This document shows positions 18,796 through 26,553 of a DNA stretch of 32,000 nt, piece after piece. The notes beneath the pieces are model-generated. The model saw only the letters and a program-made list of their open reading frames with translations, did no database searches and was not told the DNA's origin. The DNA lies in the NCBI RefSeq assembly GCF_051307035.1, contig NZ_CP195536.1, forward strand, positions 2,250,001 through 2,282,000. Reading direction: 5' to 3'. Numbering within the stretch: the first letter of the stretch is position 1; every line of letters starts with the position of its first letter. The stretch comes from Psychrobacter sp. DM4. GTDB taxonomy: Bacteria > Pseudomonadota > Gammaproteobacteria > Pseudomonadales > Moraxellaceae. The position numbers and the translations under genes are program-made.

Positions 18796-18931
18796 CTTAT
18801 TTAAGTGTTGACAAAACCGCTCTGCTTGTATTGTCAAATTGGCATTAGCTTTAGGATGAATAGTGGTGAGATTACAAGCGACAATCACTGTCGTCTGTAC
18901 TGTCTGAAATAGCGCTAATGGACATAAATTT

Positions 18932-18940
18932 TGCTATAAT
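18932..18940 (+). promoter_or_regulatory. extended -10 promoter candidate (TGcTATAAT) upstream of recA
   Basis: TGCTATAAT at 18932-18940 with a poor -35. It would give a ~200-nt recA leader. An alternative is TTAACC (19015-19020), N17, TATAGT (19038-19043), giving a ~100-nt leader. Confidence 0.3.
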
Positions 18941-19151
18941 CACCTTATCGAATAAACCCGTAGGACGTTGAAAATTAGGTCTTTACTATCTTATTTCTTA
19001 GCTCAACACGTCCGTTAACCTTCTCATGGTTTTACTGTATAGTAGACTTATAACTATGCGTAAAACGTTATTGTCGTGACGATTGATTACTAGGCTCCAA
19101 AACGACTGTACTTCTATTTTTGAATGATTCATTGATAAAAAGGAATCCACT

Positions 19152-20213
19152 ATGGATGACAATAAAGCCAAAGCACTTAAAGCGGCGTTAGGTCAAATCG
19201 AAAAGCAATTCGGCAAAAACACTATTATGCACTTAGGTGATGACTCTGCGGTGCTTGATGTAGACGTCGTCTCAACAGGCTCCTTAGGGCTTGATATCGC
19301 TCTTGGCATAGGTGGTCTACCCAAAGGCCGTATCGTTGAGATTTATGGCCCTGAAAGCTCTGGTAAGACGACGATGACTTTGCAAGCGATCGCCCAATGT
19401 CAAAAACAAGGTGGCGTTTGTGCCTTTATCGATGCTGAGCACGCTTTGGATCCTGTTTATGCCCGCAAACTTGGGGTAAAAACTGATGATTTGTTGGTGT
19501 CACAGCCTGATAATGGTGAGCAGGCACTTGAGATTACCGATATGCTCGTGCGCTCAGGTGCGGTTGATATGATCGTTATCGATTCTGTTGCTGCGTTGAC
19601 GCCTCGTGCTGAAATCGAAGGCGAGATGGGTGATTCACACATGGGCTTGCAAGCACGTTTGATGAGCCAAGCCCTACGCAAGATTACTGGTAATGCCAAA
19701 CGCTCAAATTGCATGGTGGTATTCATCAACCAAATTCGTATGAAAATCGGTGTCATGTTCGGTAGCCCAGAGACGACGACTGGCGGTAATGCGCTCAAGT
19801 TCTACGCCTCTGTACGTATGGACATTCGCCGTATTGGTGCGGTCAAAAATGGTGACGAGATCATCGGTAACCAAACCCGTGTCAAAGTCATCAAAAATAA
19901 AATGGCACCGCCCTTTCGTCAAGCTGAGTTTGAGATTACTTATGGCGAAGGCACCAACCATCTAGCAGAAGTTATCGATTTAGGCGTTGAGATTGGTGCG
20001 GTCGGCAAAGCAGGCTCTTGGTATAGCTATGGCGATGAAAAGATTGGTCAAGGTAAAGCCAACTCTGTTCTCTATCTCAAAGAGAACCCCGTTATCGCTG
20101 AGGAGATTGAAAGTAAAATCCGCGCTGAAAAACTTGGCTCTGCGAGCGATGCTATCGTTGAAGAAGACAGCGATACGATGCTAGATACGCCAGAGACTGA
20201 CGCCGTTCAGTAA
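19152..20213 (+). CDS. recA: recombinase RecA
   Basis: 353 aa. [15 protein letters not shown], Walker [10 protein letters not shown], the L1/L2 regions and [32 protein letters not shown] are canonical. SD AGGA lies 8 nt upstream. Confidence 0.98.
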   Translation: MDDNKAKALKAALGQIEKQFGKNTIMHLGDDSAVLDVDVVSTGSLGLDIALGIGGLPKGRIVEIYGPESSGKTTMTLQAIAQCQKQGGVCAFIDAEHALDPVYARKLGVKTDDLLVSQPDNGEQALEITDMLVRSGAVDMIVIDSVAALTPRAEIEGEMGDSHMGLQARLMSQALRKITGNAKRSNCMVVFINQIRMKIGVMFGSPETTTGGNALKFYASVRMDIRRIGAVKNGDEIIGNQTRVKVIKNKMAPPFRQAEFEITYGEGTNHLAEVIDLGVEIGAVGKAGSWYSYGDEKIGQGKANSVLYLKENPVIAEEIESKIRAEKLGSASDAIVEEDSDTMLDTPETDAVQ

Positions 20214-20247
20214 TCTGCTACCAAGACAAATCGCGTGATGATCCATT

Positions 20248-21345
20248 ATGCAAATTAAAACATTAGCTGAAATATTGGCCGAGTCAGATACTGACTCGGC
20301 CTCTAGCGCTACGCCTAAACCTAAAAAAAAGTCAAAAGAACAAACTCAAAAAAATAAGCGGTCTTCTCAAAACTCCTCTTCTACTCAAAGTCATTCTTTT
20401 AATAGCGATGACGACAAGACAGAATCGACTCGTACGCGCACCAGAAAAAACAACGATGATAAACCCGCTACAAGTCATTCAAAAAAAAACAAGAAGCCTA
20501 AAAAACGCTTTCATCCTGCAGCTACCTTTGAGGCTGAGCCTAATAGTACGCCCCTCTATCAAGACCCCGAATCGCAAAGTATAAGAGATATCCTTGCTGA
20601 AGTTAAACGTAATATTGACGTTGATCAAAGTAGCATAGACACCCAAGAATGCAAATTAAATAGCCCTTCAGATGATGAGATTAACTCTAAACTTGTTACC
20701 GATTCTAGCGCTCAATCTGGAAATGAGCTGACCAAAGCTCAGCTCGATAACCTGCCCTCCGCCCTAAAAGCCTACTTGCGTACTCCAGAACAAAAACAAG
20801 CGCAAACGGATGCCATAAAAGCAGAAAGTCGGCTACGTTGGCTGGCGTTTTATTACTTATCGCGGCGTGAGCATGGTAGAGCGGAGCTCAAACAAAAACT
20901 GATAGATAAAGAACAAGATCCGGACAAAATAGACGCCCTACTTGATGAGTTTGAAGAAAAAGGATATCAGAGCGATTATCGTACAACTTTGATGCTGATA
21001 CGAGAAAACATTCGCAAGGGTCGCGGTCGTGGTCGTATCAAGCAAGCGTTTTATCAAAAAAAAATCGCTATGCCCAGTAATATCGATGAGCTGATCGATA
21101 TGGCCAATACTGAGTCTGATGAGTTTAGAGAATTCGTCGATGACGATGATGACAGCTTGGTTGAAGGCGTTGATTGGCTTAAACTAGCGGTTACCGCCCG
21201 TACCAAGAAATATGGCGATTATGTACCCACTGAGCAAAAAGACAAAGCTCGGCAAGTGCGGTTTTTGCAGTATCGCGGCTTTAAGGGCGATATTTGTTTT
21301 GCTGCCCTTGAGTATACGCTTGAGACTTTGGAGGAGCGCTTTTAG
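20248..21345 (+). CDS. recX: RecX (RecA regulator) with long low-complexity N-terminal extension
   Basis: It lies immediately downstream of recA (34-bp gap). Residues ~190-365 carry the RecX-like repeats (RLRWLAFYYLSRREHGRAELKQKLIDKEQDPDKIDALLDEFEEKGYQSDYRTTLMLIRENIRKGRGRGRIKQAFYQKKI). Residues 1-~185 are a Ser/Lys/Asp-rich low-complexity region. Confidence 0.8.
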   Translation: MQIKTLAEILAESDTDSASSATPKPKKKSKEQTQKNKRSSQNSSSTQSHSFNSDDDKTESTRTRTRKNNDDKPATSHSKKNKKPKKRFHPAATFEAEPNSTPLYQDPESQSIRDILAEVKRNIDVDQSSIDTQECKLNSPSDDEINSKLVTDSSAQSGNELTKAQLDNLPSALKAYLRTPEQKQAQTDAIKAESRLRWLAFYYLSRREHGRAELKQKLIDKEQDPDKIDALLDEFEEKGYQSDYRTTLMLIRENIRKGRGRGRIKQAFYQKKIAMPSNIDELIDMANTESDEFREFVDDDDDSLVEGVDWLKLAVTARTKKYGDYVPTEQKDKARQVRFLQYRGFKGDICFAALEYTLETLEERF

Positions 21346-21373
21346 CACTAATCACGTACTTCAAATTAAAACC

Positions 21374-21404
21374 AAAAAAAAGAGCACTTTAAGTGCTCTT
21401 TTTT
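21374..21404. terminator. bidirectional rho-independent terminator between convergent recX and the YidB-like gene
   Basis: A-run (21374-21381), stem AGAGCAC (21381-21387) / GTGCTCT (21393-21399) with loop TTTAA, then a T-run (21400-21404). Confidence 0.8.
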
Positions 21405-21436
21405 ATGGCAAAAACGAACTACGTGAAGATAAAACG

Positions 21437-22153
21437 TTATTTAAATGACCCTAAACGACTTGATAGCTGACCGATGATTTGATCAATCTCTTGATTGGCT
21501 TCAGTTTCATCCTCTAAGTTGCCATGCGGAGTGAGCTGATTCATCACCTCTGGTAACAGCTCAGCGAGACCTTGACGTACTTCAGTATCATTAGCGCCTG
21601 TACTAGCCGCCACTTGCTGAATCTCGTTCTCGTCAAATAGCTGGTTAACCTCACTAGGGTCTAAATTATCATTGGGCTCGCTATTACTCATCCAAGAGCG
21701 CGCCTGCGCTTCATGACCCATACCTGTAATCTTAGACAGTGCACCGCTTAAACCGCCATTACGTTGAATCCAGCTGAGCACCATAGGCATCAGCGCTGCA
21801 ACTAGCATCCCTTTACCACCAAAGCTACCTCGGCTGCGCTGACCGCCAAGCACACTACCCAAGATATCACCTAGACCGCCAGCACCTGAGCTCATGCCGC
21901 CGCGTTGACTACCACCTGTTAGGCCACCTAAGATATCATTTAGACCAAAGCCATTGTCTGCTTGCTGACGCTCATAACGCTGCGGATTGTAGCCGCCTGC
22001 TTGAGTACCCCCGCCAAGGACACCACCCAAGATATCACCCAAACCCCCTGTACGGCGTGGGCTCATGCGCTGATTTACCGGATTGCGCTGTGCATCTTCT
22101 GGATCCATAGCGCGACGTGCAACTTGCGATACCAAATTACCTAATAAACTCAT
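21437..22153 (-). CDS. YidB-family (DUF937) protein with Gly-rich repeated N-terminal half
   Basis: The C-terminal half (ARSWMSNSEPNDNLDPSEVNQLFDENEIQQVAASTGANDTEVRQGLAELLPEVMNQLTPHGNL) fits the DUF937 pattern (SW...G.N..i....v...lg...l..lA...G......l...LP..vD.lTP.G). The N-terminal half has three G(L/F)G(D/N)ILGG-type repeats. Confidence 0.65.
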   Translation of the reverse strand: MSLLGNLVSQVARRAMDPEDAQRNPVNQRMSPRRTGGLGDILGGVLGGGTQAGGYNPQRYERQQADNGFGLNDILGGLTGGSQRGGMSSGAGGLGDILGSVLGGQRSRGSFGGKGMLVAALMPMVLSWIQRNGGLSGALSKITGMGHEAQARSWMSNSEPNDNLDPSEVNQLFDENEIQQVAASTGANDTEVRQGLAELLPEVMNQLTPHGNLEDETEANQEIDQIIGQLSSRLGSFK

Positions 22154-22354
22154 AATATATTCCTTTAATTATTTTATTTAAAATGTCTATTTGAACCACA
22201 TTTATGTGACTGCTCTAAGTTATATATCAAAAACTTTAACTTATAACAACAGTCGATTCAATCAATAATATAGCAAATCTGATTCTTAATAGAGTTAGGT
22301 GTTTTGTTATAGCTTTTCTCAGATCAGCGCTTGATTAAGAGGGTTAAGGCTTAT

Positions 22355-22831
22355 TTAATTAGATTGTGAAGGCAAAATACTGGCGAGGATATTAAGTTTA
22401 CGCCAGTCATCTGTGCTCACCTGATCACGAAATATCGTTATAGATAGCGTACGCTGGTAAGGGCTTGTCACCATAAAATCAAAATGTATTAGCAGCGGAT
22501 AGCGATGCGCATCGATCAGTCCTGCTTGCCATAACTCATCTCCTCGCCCCATCCGCAGTAGTAATTGCCAGTGTCTATCGATACGCTGATCTAAAGGCGG
22601 CTGGGTCAAATGTAGCACTATAGGTTTTGATAGCGTAATGTAGCCAAAAGCGAATACGCTTATAGTCATAATCAGAATATATTGCCATAATGACAACTGG
22701 GCTAACCAGGCGAGCACTAACATTGTTAAAGTCAAAGCGATATATAGCAGCATACTGATACGACTGGTAGCACTTACCTTGGTATCTATACGCAGCTCAG
22801 CAGTTGACGCTATAATCGAAGTCTCTTGCAC
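22355..22831 (-). CDS. YgfX/CptA-like inner-membrane protein (partner of SdhE)
   Basis: 158 aa with two adjacent TM helices (MLLYIALTLTMLVLAWLAQLSLW and YILIMTISVFAFGYITL). The C-terminal IFRDQVSTDDWRKLNIL resembles E. coli YgfX ...AADSMDEAEWRDLRRIL. It lies downstream of sdhE as in Enterobacteria. GTG start with AGGA 4 nt upstream. Confidence 0.5.
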   Translation of the reverse strand: MQETSIIASTAELRIDTKVSATSRISMLLYIALTLTMLVLAWLAQLSLWQYILIMTISVFAFGYITLSKPIVLHLTQPPLDQRIDRHWQLLLRMGRGDELWQAGLIDAHRYPLLIHFDFMVTSPYQRTLSITIFRDQVSTDDWRKLNILASILPSQSN

Positions 22832-22925
22832 TACTTCCTACTCTTTTTTCTGACAACTAAGCGCTCGTATAAGAGTTGAGCGATAGAAAGTTGATTTGGA
22901 TTAAAAGCCTGTACTCAGTATAGAG

Positions 22926-23219
22926 TTACAATTTGTCTTTGGCATGACGCCAAGTCTTTATTTTATTAACCAGATCCCAAATTGCCTTATCGTCTGGCTG
23001 ACTTTGATTGGTAAAGTAATCAAGTAGATCGGGGTCTTCATGAGTGAGCATTTGAGCAAAGGTGTCTTGCTCGGTTTGCTCAGCAGTCAGATACAGCTCT
23101 TTAATATAGGGATCAATATAAAAGTCCAACTCTTTTAAACCGCGGCGCGCTTGATAAATGATGCGACGCTGCTCGATAGTTGGTTCGGGGTGCAATTCTT
23201 TAGTCATATCAAGTCTCAT
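22926..23219 (-). CDS. sdhE: FAD assembly factor SdhE (YgfY/CptB family)
   Basis: 97 aa. IIYQARRGLKELDFYIDPY carries the RGxxE motif (E. coli WACRRGMRELDISIMPF), and HEDPDLLDYF matches E. coli CDDPDLFNWL. The start may instead be the internal Met at 23207. Confidence 0.8.
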   Translation of the reverse strand: MRLDMTKELHPEPTIEQRRIIYQARRGLKELDFYIDPYIKELYLTAEQTEQDTFAQMLTHEDPDLLDYFTNQSQPDDKAIWDLVNKIKTWRHAKDKL

Positions 23220-23265
23220 GAGGGTACGTTAAATAAATGGATACTAAAATTATATGAAAAAATAT

Positions 23266-24171
23266 CTAACCAGCGTGCTGAGCACTATATAAGGACAGCT
23301 GCTGCCATAAAGCGATAGCGTGTTGCATCATTGCGACGTTGTGCGTCCTTATGATACAAGCGCCTTGCTGTATCGCTAATAATCCAGCCGCAGTGCCCAC
23401 CGTATCACGCTCCGAAGCTTGCGTCTGCGCGACGTTACTAACACCACTCTTACTAAGCACTTCCGCCAAAAAACGCTTGCGTGAGATTCCAAACATCATC
23501 GGTAAGTCAAGTGCCTGTAAGTTGTCAAGATTGGTCAACAATGCACAATGGTGCTCGTAGTTTTTGGCAAAGCCAAATCCTGGATCAATGATAATATGGC
23601 TGCGTTTGACGCCCAATCGTGTGACTTCATCAATACGAGTGATCAGCTCAGTGCTGACTTCTGCAACGACGTCATCATATTGCGCTAGGGTGTTCATAGT
23701 CGCAGGCTCACCGCGCATATGCATGAGCATCACAGGTATATCAAGCTCTGCTGCCATTTGTGCAGCGCCTTCTCGTTTGAGCGCGCGGACATCGTTCCAA
23801 ATATCTGCGCCAGCATTAATAGCTGCCTTTATAACAGCTGGATTGCTGGTGTCAATGGAGAGCCATATCTCGTCACCGCATTGCTCACGTATAGCATTTA
23901 CAACAGGCACTACACGTGCTACTTCATCTCTAGTCGCTACCGCTTCAGCATTAGGACGCGTAGATTCACCGCCAATATCGATGATACTCGCGCCAGCTGC
24001 CATCATCTCTTTGCAGCGAACAACTGCCTTACCAATGTCATTAAACTGTCCTCCATCCGAGAACGAATCTGGCGTCACATTTAAGATACCCATAATATGC
24101 GGCTGAGCCAAGTCTAGCACTTTATGACGGCTGATTATCTGATGCGCTGGCAAAGGTACAAATAAGGTCAT
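23266..24171 (-). CDS. folP: dihydropteroate synthase
   Basis: 301 aa with GILNVTPDSFSDGG, IIDIGGESTRP and DPGFGFAK motifs. It lies downstream of ftsH as in E. coli. Confidence 0.95.
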   Translation of the reverse strand: MTLFVPLPAHQIISRHKVLDLAQPHIMGILNVTPDSFSDGGQFNDIGKAVVRCKEMMAAGASIIDIGGESTRPNAEAVATRDEVARVVPVVNAIREQCGDEIWLSIDTSNPAVIKAAINAGADIWNDVRALKREGAAQMAAELDIPVMLMHMRGEPATMNTLAQYDDVVAEVSTELITRIDEVTRLGVKRSHIIIDPGFGFAKNYEHHCALLTNLDNLQALDLPMMFGISRKRFLAEVLSKSGVSNVAQTQASERDTVGTAAGLLAIQQGACIIRTHNVAMMQHAIALWQQLSLYSAQHAG

Positions 24172-24261
24172 GACTTATCCATAAAATTTAAAAAGTGCTT
24201 TGATTTATCATACCAGTAAAGGGTCTTTTCAACTAACGCTTGCTCATAAAATAAAGACAAT

Positions 24262-24290
24262 AAAAAAGCCCTTTATAAAAAGGGCCTTTC
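24262..24290 (-). terminator. rho-independent terminator/attenuator between ftsH and folP
   Basis: Stem GCCCTTT (24268-24274) / AAAGGGC (24279-24285) with loop ATAA. On the minus strand it is followed by TTTTTTATTG. Confidence 0.6.
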
Positions 24291-24323
24291 TGTATTTCCA
24301 AGATTATCTTGAGCTGTCAATAC

Positions 24324-26219
24324 CTACATCGCTGGTAGTGGCGGCGGCGTAGTCCCTTCAGGCTTAGGTCTATCTTTTGATAGGTTCACTTCGTTAGACT
24401 GGTAAACTTTTGGTGGACGTGGATCTTCACCTGCCAAAATATCTTGCAACTGATCACGATCAACCGTCTCCCACTTCATGAGTGCATCTACCATCGCATG
24501 CATTTTTTCTTGGTTGGCTTCAATAAGCTCACGCGCTATATCGTATTGCTCCTCTAACATCCGGCGGACTTCGTCATCCACTTTCTGCTGCGTGGCTTCT
24601 GATATTGTACGACCACCGCCGCCAAAGTAACCTTGCGACTGATCATCGTCTTCATAGACCATGATACCTAGAGCATCAGACATACCGTACTTGGTGACCA
24701 TAGCCCGTGCCATTTTGGTCGCCCGTTCAAAGTCATTAGACGCGCCCGTTGACATCTGATCGATAAAGACCTCTTCTGCGATACGACCACCGAACAAGAT
24801 TGCGATATCGCTTAACATCTTAGACTTATACATACTCGTCTGATCATGCTCAGGTAACTGCCAAGTAACCCCCAAAGCAAAACCGCGTGGCATGATTGTG
24901 ACCTTGTGCACAGGATCCGTACCTGGCAATAATTCAGCCACCAAGGCATGACCTGCTTCGTGATAAGCGGTCGCACGGCGCTCTTCTTCGCGAATGACCA
25001 TAGACTTGCGCTCAGGACCCATGTACAGCTTGTCTTTAGCATCCTCAAAGTCATTCATATCGACGCTACGCTTGTTACGGCGTGCTGCAAATAATGCAGC
25101 TTCGTTCACTAAGTTTGCAAGTTGCGCCCCACTAAAGCCTGGCGTACCGCGAGCTAAAGAGCTGGCATCAACACTAACAGTATTTGGCAACTTGCGTAGA
25201 TGCACCTTTAAGATTTGCTCACGACCTTTGATATCTGGTAGGCCGACTTGCACCTGACGATCAAAACGACCAGGGCGCAGTAGTGCTTTATCCAGTACAT
25301 CAGCCCGGTTAGTAGCCGCAATCACGATCACGCCTTCATTACCTTCAAAACCATCCATCTCAACTAAAAGTTGGTTGAGCGTCTGCTCACGCTCGTCATT
25401 GCCACCGCCCATACCAGAGCCGCGATGACGACCGACCGCATCAATCTCATCGATAAAGATGATACATGGCGCGCTTTTTTTGGCTTGCTCAAACATATCA
25501 CGAACTCGAGAAGCACCAACACCGACAAACATCTCAACAAAGTCAGAACCTGAGATTGAAAAGAACGGTACTTTGGCTTCGCCAGCAATAGCACGAGCTA
25601 ATAACGTCTTACCCGTACCTGGTGGACCTACCATCAAAATACCACGTGGAATCGTCGCACCTAATTTGGTAAATTTATCAGGGTCACGCAAGAACTCAAC
25701 GACTTCAACGACTTCTTCCTTTGCCTCTTCACAGCCTGCCACATCCGTAAAATTCACTTTGATTTGATCTTCGGTTAGCATTTTGGCTTTAGATTTGCCA
25801 AAGCTCATAGGACCACCGCCCTTGCCGCCCGCGCCGCCTTGCATATTACGCATAAAGAATAAGAACAGACCAATAATCAGCAAAATAGGGAAGCTGGCAA
25901 TTAGTAGCTGCATCAGTACACTTTGACGTTTTGGTGCAGTACCTTCGACATCAACCTGATTTTCGCGCAATAGTGGCATCAGCTGTTCATCAGATACAGC
26001 TGGTCTAATGGTCTCAAAAGTTGAACCATTCTTTTTCTCACCGGTGATCTGCTCGCCGTCAATCTCAACACTGGCTACTTGATTCTCTGACACTGCGGTC
26101 ACAAACTCAGAGTAGTTAAGGTTATCAGGCTCAGACGATTGGTCGAAGCCGCTAAACACCAGCACCAAAACGCCGATTACCACCAGCCATAATAAGGTAT
26201 TTTTTACCATGTCGCTCAC
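24324..26219 (-). CDS. ftsH: ATP-dependent zinc metalloprotease FtsH
   Basis: 631 aa with Walker [12 protein letters not shown], Walker [13 protein letters not shown] region [19 protein letters not shown] and zinc site HEAGHAL. The track start is GTG 26219. ATG 26210 ([11 protein letters not shown], aligning with E. coli MAKNLILWLVI) is an equally plausible start. Confidence 0.97.
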   Translation of the reverse strand: MSDMVKNTLLWLVVIGVLVLVFSGFDQSSEPDNLNYSEFVTAVSENQVASVEIDGEQITGEKKNGSTFETIRPAVSDEQLMPLLRENQVDVEGTAPKRQSVLMQLLIASFPILLIIGLFLFFMRNMQGGAGGKGGGPMSFGKSKAKMLTEDQIKVNFTDVAGCEEAKEEVVEVVEFLRDPDKFTKLGATIPRGILMVGPPGTGKTLLARAIAGEAKVPFFSISGSDFVEMFVGVGASRVRDMFEQAKKSAPCIIFIDEIDAVGRHRGSGMGGGNDEREQTLNQLLVEMDGFEGNEGVIVIAATNRADVLDKALLRPGRFDRQVQVGLPDIKGREQILKVHLRKLPNTVSVDASSLARGTPGFSGAQLANLVNEAALFAARRNKRSVDMNDFEDAKDKLYMGPERKSMVIREEERRATAYHEAGHALVAELLPGTDPVHKVTIMPRGFALGVTWQLPEHDQTSMYKSKMLSDIAILFGGRIAEEVFIDQMSTGASNDFERATKMARAMVTKYGMSDALGIMVYEDDDQSQGYFGGGGRTISEATQQKVDDEVRRMLEEQYDIARELIEANQEKMHAMVDALMKWETVDRDQLQDILAGEDPRPPKVYQSNEVNLSKDRPKPEGTTPPPLPAM

Positions 26220-26414
26220 AAGCTCTCCATCCCTTACTTATTGGTGTGTTTAATAAACACGTGACGCCATCAAAGCGCTATCTTGTTGATTATCTATGTC
26301 TTATGTGGTTGCTATCGATTGTTTTTGCAACCAGTAATCAAAACTTAATAACCTTAAAATATTCTTTTTTAGACGACTTTGCTTAAATGCTTATAACAAA
26401 GCTAATATATCATG

Positions 26415-26443
26415 ATATGTGGTTTTGAGAGGTACAATTCAAG
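26415..26443 (-). promoter_or_regulatory. sigma32-type promoter candidate dedicated to ftsH
   Basis: The minus strand reads CTTGAAT-N14-CCACATAT (consensus CTTGAAA-N13-15-CCCCATNT). It lies inside the 334-bp rlmE-ftsH spacer, about 195 nt upstream of ftsH. Confidence 0.5.
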
Positions 26444-26553
26444 CGAAAGCGGCTTTTATTGGGTTAACTAATGTAGCGTTTTCATGCAGCTTTAAGGTGA
26501 GTAGACATTGACTATTGCGTTATCTTACTATTTGAAAGCATTGAACCCTTTGT

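Noticed and set aside
19033-19052. TACTGTAT... as a LexA SOS box in front of recA
   Set aside because: Only the left half-site (CTGT) is present. The position where ACAG should occur after N8 reads CTTA, so there is no palindrome. The inferred lineage is also known to lack LexA.
18244-19151. Calling this spacer the chromosomal origin oriC outright
   Set aside because: Only four DnaA-box-like sites are present. No dnaA, dnaN, gidA or rpmH neighbours are in the window. Flanking gene orientation (mostly + on the left, mostly - on the right) is the opposite of what is expected around an origin. I keep it as a lower-probability alternative that needs whole-genome GC-skew analysis.
23564-24106. 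180-aa and 121-aa plus-strand ORFs (23564..24106, 23719..24084) inside folP
   Set aside because: They are antisense to a confidently identified folP. They have Ser/Ala/Thr/Ile-rich composition typical of the reverse frame of a real gene, no SD and no recognisable motif.
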